64,000 bases of DNA, from assembly GCA_025966135.1 (NCBI GenBank), contig JAOPVP010000035.1:64078-128077 (forward strand). Reading direction: 5' to 3'. Of the stretch, positions 17,601-27,294 are shown piece after piece (within the stretch, counting starts at the first letter, position 1; the number at the start of each line of letters is the position of its first letter). A model generated the notes under the pieces. The model had not been told where the DNA came from. It saw only the letters and a program-made list of their open reading frames with translations, and ran no database searches. This DNA is from Frankiales bacterium (GTDB taxonomy: Bacteria; Actinomycetota; Actinomycetes; Mycobacteriales; SCTD01). The position numbers and the translations under genes were made by a program.

Positions 17601-17710
17601 CTGTGCCCGCACGGCCGTGGTCTGCCGACCGTCGGCTGGTCACCCGTGGTGACGCTGGAGGTATCCCCGCAGGGGGATCCATCTGTGTGAACGTCGGCTC
17701 GGCTGCTCGT
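17601..17710. repeat. Copy A of a ~110-nt duplicated structured element downstream of an rhs-tip/immunity cassette
   Basis: Aligns with 19341-19460. The 38-nt core GCCCGCnCGGnCGTGGTCTGCCGACCGnCGGCTGGTCAC has 3 mismatches. It is followed by a GC hairpin (17660-17680), CTGTGTG and CGGCTGCTCG. Confidence 0.7.
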
Positions 17711-17794
17711 CGTCGCTGCCACCACCGTGACGAGCACGCAGACGCACCTGAGCGGGCGATTCAGGCCGGGCACGGGGAGGGCAACGGCAGAGGC

Positions 17795-18103
17795 TCAGGC
17801 GAAATCGCGCCAGATTGCGCCACCCTCAGATGGCTCAAAGCCCGACTGTCCGGGCCATGGCACGGCACCGAACTCCCAACGGAAGAGCAAGTTGACGAGC
17901 ACCGCGATCAAGGCACCGTCTGCCCAGCGTATCCATCGTGGCAACCCCATAATGGGCCTCGTCACAAAGATCTGAATCGGCAAGAGGAGAAGCCAGGTCA
18001 CGATCGCCAACGGAACAACGATCCAAAGCAGGACCGCCCGCAGGAGATAAAGGCCCAGTCCCGCCAACACCATTCTCGCGATTCGCATGGTCGCCCCAAA
18101 CAC
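17795..18103 (-). CDS. Small membrane protein, candidate immunity for the orphan Rhs tip
   Basis: Hydrophobic 102-aa ORF starting 3 nt after the orphan tip stop (GTG 18103, or ATG 18088). Confidence 0.6.
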   Translation of the reverse strand: MFGATMRIARMVLAGLGLYLLRAVLLWIVVPLAIVTWLLLLPIQIFVTRPIMGLPRWIRWADGALIAVLVNLLFRWEFGAVPWPGQSGFEPSEGGAIWRDFA

Positions 18104-18105
18104 GT

Positions 18106-18655
18106 CTAGAAGCTAGATCGCTCATACCACGGGACTCGATGCAGCGGGTTTGGCAGCACGCCCTTCACTGCCCGCGTGAGGTTGCCTCTCACTCCACAAC
18201 GCGACGTGCAGCGTTGCATGCCGTGTCGAGTCTGATGATAGCCCCGCACGACCCGGGCAGAACCAGTGAACATCTGACTGCCGCCGTACCCCGCCCCAAG
18301 CGCTCCGAGAGGCGCCAAGGGCGATCCCATCACCGCTACACCGCCCACGAAGAGGCGTGCACCTGTGTAGACCTTGTAACTTCCGTAAGCGATGTTCACG
18401 GTTCCCGCGGCGAACGCCCCAATCGTGGCTGCCGAGATAGCGCTTGGCCTTGTTCCAACGGCAGCGTGGGCCGCACCAGCGTCCGTCGAGGTCGAAGTTG
18501 TTGATGGGGTCGGCGTTGATGTAGTCGTAGGCGTTCGCTGAGCCGCCGGGGATGGGGTCGACTTGCAGGAACCTTCCTAGGACTGGGCTGTAGAGGCGGA
18601 CGCCCATGAGCACGACGCCCCCGAGCGCGTCACCGGATCGTTGTTTGCCGCAACA
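18106..18655 (-). pseudogene. Orphan Rhs C-terminal core plus toxin tip, no N-terminus, frameshifted
   Basis: GKQRSGDALGGVVLMGVRLYSPVLGRFLQVDPIPGGSANAYDYINADPINNFDLDGRW parallels the end of the full-length Rhs. After ..WNKAK the reading frame must shift by 1 nt near 18441-18443 to continue as AISAATIGAFAAG... Confidence 0.7.
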
Positions 18656-19340
18656 CAGACGCCCACCACGACCTACCGCTGCGACACCGCCATTGACCGA
18701 CGCTGACCTGCAGCAATGCACCCCAGAACCCCGACCAGCACCTGGTCCGTGAGGGCCGGGAGCCCGACGCGAGTTCCGGCTGCAGGACCGGCCGTGCTCG
18801 ACGCCCTGACGGCCGCTCAGGCCGTCGACACCGACGGCCGCGCGCTGACCCTGGGCGGCTGAGGAAGGACCCGCCCACGCGCCCACGACAGCCCTCGGGG
18901 CGGCGGCGGGGTGGGCGGTCATGAGCGTCAGTCTGGCAGCCCCAGCGGGTTCGCGGCGGCAAGCTCGACCAGGACGTCCCGGCCGCGCCGAGCAGCGCCC
19001 TCGGGGGCGTGTGTGAGGACTTTCTTTACGACTATCAAGGCCGACGGCTCCGGGCGGCCGCTGCGCGGCCGTCCTCGCCCCCGGCAACGACCAGAGCAGG
19101 AGCCGGGGCGCCTCTACTCCCGGGACGTCCCGCATCCCGTCCCGCGTCACGTCCCGGAATCCGCCCGGATCACGTCCCGGATCGCCTCACTGGCAAGGAT
19201 CTTGGCAACCTGAGTGCCCTTCGCGCGGACCGCTGGCAAGCCCGCCGGCAACCCCCTCGTGGTAGCGGGCGCGACTCTTGCCCACAAGCGAGCGGGCAAG
19301 ACGATGGGCAAGACCAACCGCGTCGCTCAGGCGGCCGTCA

Positions 19341-19460
19341 CTGCCCGCGCGGTCGTGGTCTGCCGACCGCCGGCTGGTCACTGTCGGCGAGCACCAGGCC
19401 GGCACCCCCGAAGGGGGGCCAACTGTGTGGCATGTCCTCAGCTGTTGCCCGGCTGCTCGC
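19341..19460. repeat. Copy B of the duplicated structured element
   Basis: See copy A. The hairpin here (19401-19420) is GGCACCCCC-GAA-GGGGGGCC, against GGTATCCCC-GCAG-GGGGATCC in copy A. Confidence 0.7.
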
Positions 19461-19551
19461 TCACGGTGAGCGCGGGACACGCGCCGGCCGGGTACTCGCG
19501 AAGCGATAACACCTGTGTGCCTGGGCAACCGGCCCGGAGGGCAGGCGGGCA

Positions 19552-19977
19552 TCAAACGAGGAGCCGGGCCAGAACGACGCCAATTATCGTCGCGGCCGTT
19601 ACTGCAAGTTCGAACTGCACCGAGATGGCCGATTCAACGTCCTCTCTCGCGGTCGCCGCGGCCGAGATGACGCTCAATGCGAGTAGAGCAACAGGCAGCG
19701 CAACGAGCACCAAGAAGGCGGTGTCGCCCGAACCTGGGCCGATGCCCAGACCCTCAAGGGAAGCACGCACCAGAGCGGCGACGAAGATGAACGGCACCAC
19801 GAGCGCTGCCCAGACGAAGGCCGCGTCTGCGAAGGGACAACTCGGCTCAATTGACCGACGCGTCTCGCGCCCATTCGATGATTCGAAGAGGGCCCGAAAC
19901 CTGTCGTTGATCAACCAGGTGAGCCCGTTGTCGACGGGATGAACCGAGTAGGGCTGCTGCCCCCCTCGCCTAGTCAT
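19552..19977 (-). CDS. Three-pass membrane protein, candidate Rhs immunity
   Basis: ATG at 19977 overlaps the rhs stop by 8 nt (ATGACTAG). Three hydrophobic helices. Confidence 0.65.
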   Translation of the reverse strand: MTRRGGQQPYSVHPVDNGLTWLINDRFRALFESSNGRETRRSIEPSCPFADAAFVWAALVVPFIFVAALVRASLEGLGIGPGSGDTAFLVLVALPVALLALSVISAAATAREDVESAISVQFELAVTAATIIGVVLARLLV

Positions 19978-22900
19978 CCCAGCCGTGCATCTCGTGAACG
20001 GTTTGGAAACCGTAGACAGCGCTGCCGGCCTTGCGCCAGGAATTCGAGTGGTAGCGGCCCTGCCAAACGGCCCGTGAGCGTCGGGCCTCGCTGGCGGCTT
20101 GATGCAGGTTGAGTCTGCGCAGCTTGTTCGCCTTGCTCGCGTACCTGGCGGCCTTTAGGCCTGCGAAAGCTCGGCCCGCACCGGGCGCGAAATCAAGGAG
20201 ATCTCCACCCATACGGCCCCAGCGATGGTGGTAGGCGTCTCGACCTGTGTCGTACGCCGACCAAGCGCCAGCGATGATGCCAGCGGCCAAGCAGATGCCC
20301 CCACAGGCTGCGAGCGCAACCGCGCCAATGGCGAACTTGGCCAATGCCTTCCAGTGGTGGAAGTGGGGCCAGCGGCCGTCGAGATCGAGCTGGTTGATTG
20401 GGTCCTGGTTCGCGTAGTCGTAGTTGTTGGCGCTTCCGCCGGGCACGGGGTCGGTTTGGAGGAACCTCCCAAGAACTGGGCTGTAGAGCCGGACGCCCAT
20501 GAGGACGATGCCGCCGAGGTCGTCGCTGCTGCGTTGTTTGCCGCCGAGCCATCCGTAGCGTGCGGTGGTGCCGCGGGGGGTTCCGTACTCGTCGGCTTCG
20601 AGGCTTGCGCCGAGGGTGTTGGTGCCGGCTGTGGTGGTGACGGCGATGTCTCCGTGCAGGTTGCTGAGCTGGTAGGTCGTGCTGGTTCCGGTCGTGCTGG
20701 CGGCGAGGTTTCCGGCGAGCCCGCTGGTGTAGATGGTGTTGCTGCCGCCGGGCTCCTTGATCCAAGCCGGGTTGTCGTCACCGCTGCCGTAGTGGCTGAC
20801 TGTGGTTGCTGCGGCCTGGTCGGTCATGGTCCGGCGCCGTCCTGCGGCGTCGAGGTTCCAGGAGCGGGTGCTGCCGTTCTGGCTCATGTTCGCGACCAGG
20901 TCGGTGCTGTAGTAGCCGATCGTGGTCGGGGTGGCCTGGCCGCTGCTGGCCGCGGGCAGGGTGGTGGTGCGTCCCCAATTATCGTAGACCAGGCCGGTGT
21001 CGGTGCCGCTGGCCAGCAGCCGGTCCGCCGCGTCATAGGTGTGGCTTGGTGGGGGGGTGCCAGCGGTGCCGGTGCAGTCGGTCGTGCCGGCAGGGGCTGG
21101 GGTGCTGATGCTGCTGGTGCGGTTGCTGTTCAGGTCGAACGCGTAGCTGCGCCTGGTGCAGGCGTTCCCGCTGACGTTGCCGACGATGTCGTCGGTTTGG
21201 GTGAGGCGGCCGAGGTTGTCGTAGCTGTAGGTCTGGCCGCTGGCGTACCCGCCGTGCGTGCGCCACTGGCCGTGGATGTCGCTGGACTGGGTGTCGCGCA
21301 TCAGCTCGACGCTGCTGCGGGTCCAGGACAACTTGGTCGCATCCCCGGTGGGGTCATACGTCCAGGTACTCGTGAGGCCGTCGGGGGCGGTCTGGCTGGT
21401 GATGCTGCCGTCCGCGTCATACGCCGCAGTGAACGAGCTGCTCGTGCTGATCACGCTACTCATCAGGCTCGTGGGCAGGCCTCGATGCTCGGTGCCGGCG
21501 TTGTACCCGTACGTCAGAGTCGTCTTCGTTCCGGTGACCTGGTAGACCCGCCCGGTGTTCGGGTCGTAACTGGTGATGGTGGTGTCGCTATCGGCGTCGG
21601 TGTAGCTGGTGACGCGCCCGAAGTCGTCGTACCCGGTGGTGATGGTGCTGCCGTTTGCCTGGGTGAGCGGCAATCCGGTGCTGCTGTCGTAGGCCGTGGT
21701 GACATCCGGAACGGCAGTGCCCTGGCCGCCGGTGACGGCGACCTTCGTGACCCGAGGCCCGAGGTTGCTGGTCCCCTCATACGTTGTGGTGGTGACCCGG
21801 GCCGGGAAGCTGCTGCCCGTGACGGTCTCGGTGACCTGCGTCGGGCGGAGCAGGGCGTCGTAGTTCGTGACCTGCTTGACCGGCAGGTTCGGCAAGCCAC
21901 TGGTGCCGGGCTGCGCGGCGGGGCTGGTCTTGCACGGCAGGTTCACCCAGGCGTTGTTGACGCAACCAGCGATATTCTGGGTGCCGGTCGTGTAGTAGCT
22001 GGTCACGGTCACCCCGGCGGTGCTCGCGAGGGGGGTGTTGGCCATAGGTTGCTGAACCTTTGTGACGGCACCGGTGGTCCGGTCATACCGGGTGATCCGC
22101 GAGACCAAGCTGCTGTCGGCCATCACGGTGCTGATCTTCACGGGAGTGTGGAAGATCCAGCCCTCGTCATAGCTGCCACTGTTGTCGTCCAGCGCATACG
22201 CCATCTTGGTGACACGCGCGTCAGTCTCATTGGTCGGGGAGGCCTGCCCGGACCGGCTGGCGCTGACCGTCACCGTCAGGGGGCTGTGCAGCGGACCACC
22301 CGTGGACAGGGCGCCACCGCCGGTGCCGTAGGTCGTGCTGGTGTGCCCCCGCGCGGCCGCAGTCGAGCCGTCGGGGAGCGTGACCAGGTGCAGCGGCCCG
22401 TAGGTGTCGAGCAGGTCCGTACCGTCACTGGAGTACAGGTTGGTGGTCTCGAGCATCCCCGCCCGAGCGGCCATGCTCACGCTGTCGGTGCCCAGCGGCA
22501 AGGACAGCTGCTCGGTGGTGGTGCTGTCCGGCCACAACGCCACGTCACGCTGCCGGGCGGACAGGCTGCGGATGCTGTTACCGAGGCTGTCGAAGGAGGT
22601 GCCGCTGATCCGCCAGCCCCGCTGCCCCGTTCCGGAGAACGACGCAGTGTTGATCGCGCGCCCCTGGGCGTCCATCGCAGTGATGTCGGCGTTGCGGAGG
22701 TCGGTGTTGCCATCGCCCGGCCCGTAGACGGCCGTGGCCGTGACGGGCGGGGCGGTCTGACCCCAACGGGCGACCGACAGGGTGGACAGGTCGGGCTTGG
22801 TCTCGTCGGTGTCGGCGAGCAGACTGCTCCCACCAGCATTCACGTCGACGTTGTACACGACGGTAGTGACCTCCGACCCGCCACCAGCGTGGGCGCGGGT

Positions 22901-25900
22901 CACCGTCCTCAACCGGGCGAGAGTGCTGGTGTCGTAGCCGAACGTCCACCCCGCCAGCCCCGCCGGAGTGACGGTGGCGAGCCGGCCACCGACGTCATAG
23001 GTGTACGCGGTCGGCAGGACCGCGCCCGCGGCGCAGGTCCCGGTCGCCCCGACCCGCGGGTCCCACTGCTGGGACAGCCGGCCGTTGCCGTCGTAGCTGT
23101 AACAGGCCGTCTCGATCTGGGTCGGCGCGCCCCCGGTCCCGACCGTGACCTTCACACTCGTCAAACGGTTGCTGCCGTCGTAGCTCAGGCTCATCCCCCG
23201 ACACCCGAGGTTCCACGTCGCGCCCGGTACCGTCGGGGACGGGCAGCTCACCCCCGCGGGCACCGGCGCGTAGACCGTACTGACCCGCCCCGTAGTGGCG
23301 TCGTAGCCGACCTGGGTGGTCTGGCTGCTGCCCGGCGTCGTGACGCCACTGACCCGGTACAGGTGCGGCACGCTGGTACTCGACACCGCCGCGAACGCCG
23401 TCGCGGGGGCGAAGACCGTGAGCGTGCCGTCCTCAGTCGTCAGGGTAAAGCTCGTCGGTCCGTACGTCCCGGCAGTGCCCTCGGTCAGGGCGCTGCCGTC
23501 CGTCGCGGCGTCCCCCGTCCCGACCCAGAGGCTGCCGGTCTTCACGTAGCTCGTCAGGCCGCCGGCATCGTCGACCAGGGTGACGGCGCCGCCGAGGTGC
23601 CGCAGCTCCCGGACCCCGCTGTTGTCCCCGCCAGGAAGGCTCGAAACCCATCCCGGGCCGAACACGTCCGTGCCCGTGGCCCCGGGTGCGGTGCCCGCGC
23701 CCGGGGCGAGGGAGTGGAACGTCCGGCCAACCGACAGGGACGTCCCGTACGCCGCGACCGACGCGTCCGACGCGCCCACAGTCAGATCACCCGTGAGGAG
23801 GTTGACGCTACCCGGCCCGGCGCCGGTGCTCTCCGCGTTACTGCCGAGTGGGTCGACCGTCAGGGTGCTGGTCGGAGTGGTCGCGACTGTCCCACCGCCG
23901 TTGCTGAAGACCGCCTGCACGGCGATGGGGCCCTTGCCACCGGCCGCCCCCAGGCGGGTCAACGTCGTGGCCGCGTCCCAGACCAGGTTCGCCGGCCCGC
24001 TCGCCCTGCCGCCGGACGCGCTCGCAACGACGGGCATGCCGGTGGCGACACCACTGAGCGTGACCTCGCTGTTCGGCAGGTCGGTGAAGGTGGTGGTGCC
24101 GGCGGCTGCGACCTGGAAGCTCACGCTCGTCGCGCTCGAGGGACCGTCGGCGGTGAGGGTGACGTACCTGTCGGTCTGCGACCCACCAGCCGGGCCGGTC
24201 AGGCCGGCCTGCTGCCCGAACGAGAACGTGCTCGCCGGGCTCAGGTTCCCGGCACGATCAACCGCCTGCACCGTCAGGGTGTGCCAACCCGGCCCCGGCG
24301 TGATGTTGCTGATCGTGCCGCTCCCGGACGTCGCGGGCACACTCAGCCGAGCACCGCCGTCGAGGCGGTACGCGAAAGCGTTGATGTCCCCGGCGGTGTT
24401 GCTCACCGCGAACCCACCCGTCAGCAAACTGCTCGTCCAAGCGTTCTGCGTCCACGTCCCCGACGTGATCGTCGACCCGCTCGGCGGCGCCGTCGTGTCG
24501 ACCGTAAAGCTCAACCCTGTCGTCGGCGGCACCAAGGCGGTGTAGTCCAGGCCGTCCTCGCCGCGCATCTGCCAGGTGTAGGTCTGCCCGTCCGTGAGCT
24601 TCCCGGCCTCCACGGTGTAGGCGACCCGGCTGCTGTTCGGCGCAAACGGCCCGAGGAACCCGTTCGTGACATAGGAGCCACCAGAGTTCTTGACGTAGAA
24701 CCGACCCGCGACCTGCTGCCCATCCGGATCCGTCACGATCCCCGACAACGTCGGGGTCAGCGTGTTCACCCACCCGCCCTGAGCCGGGGTCAGGCTGTAA
24801 GGGGTACTGGGCGGCCGGTTGTAGTTGACCGTCAGCTGCGGCAAGTGCACATCGGTACTGCTGCCACCCCAGAAGCGCCAGAACGCCACCGTCTGCGCCT
24901 CATCCCCCGAGCGCAGCAGCATCCCGTAGTTCGGCTGCGACCCCGCCGCCCACTTCTTCACCAAGCCCGTGACGTCATAGTGGTACCAGGCGTTCTGCGC
25001 GCAACTAAGGTTCGAGGCCTCCAACGTCGGATACACCGTCGGACCCGGCCAGGTCGTCGCGTCGGTGTAGGACTGCGCCAACCCGTACACCCGCGTCCCC
25101 GCAGTCGGGCAGGTCCCGCTGATCGCGTTCCACTGGTACATCGCCAGATCGGCACTGTTGATGTACTGCCCCGCCACCGACGAGGTGTCGAACGTGATGT
25201 ACCCGCGGTGCTTGGTCGTGCCCCCGGCGTAGTACCCGGCGCGCACCTCCGTCGGACTCGCGCTGCTGTTCGCAACCGCCGCACCGGTGGTGTAGTTCGC
25301 GCTCACCCAGTGATCGTTCACCCACCCCACATGCGAACTCGGATCAATCGTCACCGGATACTGCGTCGCTGGGCTGGTGAGCCAGCCCGCCTCCGGCGTC
25401 AGCTGCAGCTCCTGCCCCCCACCCGCAACCGTGACCAGCTTGGTCGTGATCGCACCGAACCGGACCGGATCCCCCGTGCCCGGATCGCGCTGGGCGTCCC
25501 ACATCACCGCCGGGGCCGTCACGATCACCGCCTTGCCCTGAACGTCCGTGAACCTCAACGTGCCGTCTGGGGCCTGAGAGGGCGTCAATCCCACCGTCTT
25601 CAGAGGCAGTCGCCACACCGGCGTCCTGGACGCGACCACCGGATCCCGGACGACGATCGAGTCCTTATAGCCGTCCCGCAGCGCGGTCACCGACAAGTCC
25701 ACCCCCGCCACCACGTCCCGGTAAAGCGCGGTGTCACCAGTAACGTCAGGCGCAGGTAGCCGACCCGGCCACTTCACCGCCACCAACGCCGACCCACCCA
25801 CCGGATCCGTCAAGCTCGCCACCACCGGCGGCGCACTCGCGGTACCGCCCCCGGCCGACAGCACCAACCCGCCCACCGCCGCCACCGGCGTGATCCCCGT

Positions 25901-26290
25901 CGGTCCGGACCGCAAGGTCGTGTCCACATCCACCCAGCCGTCACCCCGCCGCACCCGCACCGGCCCCGCGACCTGCACCCGCGACAACGACCCGTCCGGA
26001 TTCACCAACGTCTGCGAATCCTCCGTCGTCTCACTCGACACCACGATCTTGTGACCGAGTTCTCGCGCCGCCACCTGCGCCGACTGCACATCCGCACGCT
26101 CAAACGACTCCACCGGCACTGTCGCAGCCGGCACCACCGCCGACGCCACCGCAGGCACCGCCAACACGTACGTCGACGCCAACACCGAACCCGCCACAAC
26201 CCACGTCACGGCCCGCAAGCGCGAATCGGTCCGGCCCACAACATGACGGCGCGCACGAGCTTGCGACACAACAAATCCCCCCACCGGCAT
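19970..26290 (-). CDS. Rhs/YD-repeat polymorphic toxin (2106 aa) with signal peptide and variable C-terminal tip
   Basis: N-terminal signal-like VLASTYVLAVPAVASA. Many YD repeats (YSYDGNGRL, YTYDVGGRL, YDDFGRV, YSYDNLGRL, YDNWGRT). Rhs core end is GVRLYSPVLGRFLQTDPVPGGSANNYDYANQDPINQLDLDGR, followed by a 133-aa tip. Confidence 0.95.
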   Translation of the reverse strand: MPVGGFVVSQARARRHVVGRTDSRLRAVTWVVAGSVLASTYVLAVPAVASAVVPAATVPVESFERADVQSAQVAARELGHKIVVSSETTEDSQTLVNPDGSLSRVQVAGPVRVRRGDGWVDVDTTLRSGPTGITPVAAVGGLVLSAGGGTASAPPVVASLTDPVGGSALVAVKWPGRLPAPDVTGDTALYRDVVAGVDLSVTALRDGYKDSIVVRDPVVASRTPVWRLPLKTVGLTPSQAPDGTLRFTDVQGKAVIVTAPAVMWDAQRDPGTGDPVRFGAITTKLVTVAGGGQELQLTPEAGWLTSPATQYPVTIDPSSHVGWVNDHWVSANYTTGAAVANSSASPTEVRAGYYAGGTTKHRGYITFDTSSVAGQYINSADLAMYQWNAISGTCPTAGTRVYGLAQSYTDATTWPGPTVYPTLEASNLSCAQNAWYHYDVTGLVKKWAAGSQPNYGMLLRSGDEAQTVAFWRFWGGSSTDVHLPQLTVNYNRPPSTPYSLTPAQGGWVNTLTPTLSGIVTDPDGQQVAGRFYVKNSGGSYVTNGFLGPFAPNSSRVAYTVEAGKLTDGQTYTWQMRGEDGLDYTALVPPTTGLSFTVDTTAPPSGSTITSGTWTQNAWTSSLLTGGFAVSNTAGDINAFAYRLDGGARLSVPATSGSGTISNITPGPGWHTLTVQAVDRAGNLSPASTFSFGQQAGLTGPAGGSQTDRYVTLTADGPSSATSVSFQVAAAGTTTFTDLPNSEVTLSGVATGMPVVASASGGRASGPANLVWDAATTLTRLGAAGGKGPIAVQAVFSNGGGTVATTPTSTLTVDPLGSNAESTGAGPGSVNLLTGDLTVGASDASVAAYGTSLSVGRTFHSLAPGAGTAPGATGTDVFGPGWVSSLPGGDNSGVRELRHLGGAVTLVDDAGGLTSYVKTGSLWVGTGDAATDGSALTEGTAGTYGPTSFTLTTEDGTLTVFAPATAFAAVSSTSVPHLYRVSGVTTPGSSQTTQVGYDATTGRVSTVYAPVPAGVSCPSPTVPGATWNLGCRGMSLSYDGSNRLTSVKVTVGTGGAPTQIETACYSYDGNGRLSQQWDPRVGATGTCAAGAVLPTAYTYDVGGRLATVTPAGLAGWTFGYDTSTLARLRTVTRAHAGGGSEVTTVVYNVDVNAGGSSLLADTDETKPDLSTLSVARWGQTAPPVTATAVYGPGDGNTDLRNADITAMDAQGRAINTASFSGTGQRGWRISGTSFDSLGNSIRSLSARQRDVALWPDSTTTEQLSLPLGTDSVSMAARAGMLETTNLYSSDGTDLLDTYGPLHLVTLPDGSTAAARGHTSTTYGTGGGALSTGGPLHSPLTVTVSASRSGQASPTNETDARVTKMAYALDDNSGSYDEGWIFHTPVKISTVMADSSLVSRITRYDRTTGAVTKVQQPMANTPLASTAGVTVTSYYTTGTQNIAGCVNNAWVNLPCKTSPAAQPGTSGLPNLPVKQVTNYDALLRPTQVTETVTGSSFPARVTTTTYEGTSNLGPRVTKVAVTGGQGTAVPDVTTAYDSSTGLPLTQANGSTITTGYDDFGRVTSYTDADSDTTITSYDPNTGRVYQVTGTKTTLTYGYNAGTEHRGLPTSLMSSVISTSSSFTAAYDADGSITSQTAPDGLTSTWTYDPTGDATKLSWTRSSVELMRDTQSSDIHGQWRTHGGYASGQTYSYDNLGRLTQTDDIVGNVSGNACTRRSYAFDLNSNRTSSISTPAPAGTTDCTGTAGTPPPSHTYDAADRLLASGTDTGLVYDNWGRTTTLPAASSGQATPTTIGYYSTDLVANMSQNGSTRSWNLDAAGRRRTMTDQAAATTVSHYGSGDDNPAWIKEPGGSNTIYTSGLAGNLAASTTGTSTTYQLSNLHGDIAVTTTAGTNTLGASLEADEYGTPRGTTARYGWLGGKQRSSDDLGGIVLMGVRLYSPVLGRFLQTDPVPGGSANNYDYANQDPINQLDLDGRWPHFHHWKALAKFAIGAVALAACGGICLAAGIIAGAWSAYDTGRDAYHHRWGRMGGDLLDFAPGAGRAFAGLKAARYASKANKLRRLNLHQAASEARRSRAVWQGRYHSNSWRKAGSAVYGFQTVHEMHGWDD

Positions 26291-26849
26291 CAGCCCCCGT
26301 GATGACCGACCGCCTTTCTAACAGACCCAGGACAGCATCCACAAACGATCAGACGCGACCCCCAGCCACCTTCTCTGGGATGCCACCTGGTTTTCCACAC
26401 AGCACACGCCGCTGGCACCGCCAGACGGGCGCCGGCGTACAGGAACCGCGAGACGCCGCACCCGGAAGGCGGACGCCTCGCCGACGCCTGACTCGATGCT
26501 GCACATGCATGACGCGTTGACGGCGATGCGTCGAACCGAGGCTCAGCTTGCCTGGGTGGAGGTCAACACGCTGCCTCTCGCGCAGGTCACCCAAGAGCAG
26601 ATCGCCCTGGCAAAGGCCAACCATGCGCGAAGCGTGGCCGGTCTCATCGAGATGCTCAACATGGATGGCTGTCCCGGGTCTCGTGGAACTTGAGGTCCTG
26701 CCTCGCGGTAGGAGTTGGGCGTCGACCAAGACACCATTTCAACAAGGGGACCACCCTGAGTAAGCACGGAAACACCGCCAGCTGATCTGAGGGCGGCTTG
26801 AGCTCGGCGAGACGGCCGCTGCTGAGTTGAGGCGCGGCTGCGGGCCCGC

Positions 26850-27234
26850 CCCAGGGCAGCGCACCGAGCGTCAGGCCGAGCGCGCCGACCGCCCCGGCAG
26901 CCGCTGCACAGGCCCGCAGGGCTGGCGGCAAGGAGCTGAGCGCGAGGGGCTTGCTGGAGGCGCTGGCGTGCTTGGACAACCTGGCTCTCCTAGCTCGAGG
27001 TCGGGTCCGTACGGCGGTGGCCCCACCGGCGAGCAGGGTGAACGCGAGCAGGCCCAGCGCGGTGGGGCTGGTGAAACGGTGCAGCCACAGCCCACCGCGA
27101 GCTTGGGGTTTGACGGCTCGGCCGGCTTGCTGCTCCTGGGTCGGGGGGTTCGGGTCGATCGACTGGTTGTTGTCACCCTTGAACACGTAGCCAGCTGGGC
27201 CGCCGCCGATGATCCTGTGCAGAACGACGTCCGA
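26850..27234 (-). pseudogene. C-terminal fragment of an S26/SipW-type signal peptidase
   Basis: ..VVLHRIIGGGPAGYVFKGDNNQSIDPNPP..GRAV resembles the C-terminal half of archaeal-type signal peptidase I. The catalytic N-terminal half is absent. Boundaries are approximate. Confidence 0.45.
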
Positions 27235-27294
27235 GCGCCCGGCCCGGTCCGCTGGGCCGCCGTCGAGGCCGTCCAGAAGCCCTGCGAACCCGTA

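Noticed and set aside
18106-18399. 97-aa ORF (MNIAYGSYKVYTGARLF...) as an independent small gene
   Set aside because: Its frame continues upstream without a stop as ..AISAATIGAFAAGTV.., which aligns with the opening of the main Rhs tip. It is better explained as the frameshifted remainder of the orphan tip.
18660-19340. Possible gene between immunity candidate 1 and the orphan Rhs cassette
   Set aside because: All six frames give Arg/Pro-rich or very short peptides. Only isolated protein-like tails (for example ..VLDALTAAQAVDTDGRALTLGG) were seen, which is insufficient to call a feature.
20225-25759. 1844-aa + strand ORF, plus several 60-200-aa ORFs, inside the rhs gene
   Set aside because: They are antisense or off-frame to a gene with unmistakable YD/Rhs repeats. 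Their composition is dominated by Arg/Gly/Pro/Ala, typical of stop-poor non-coding frames in 70% GC DNA.
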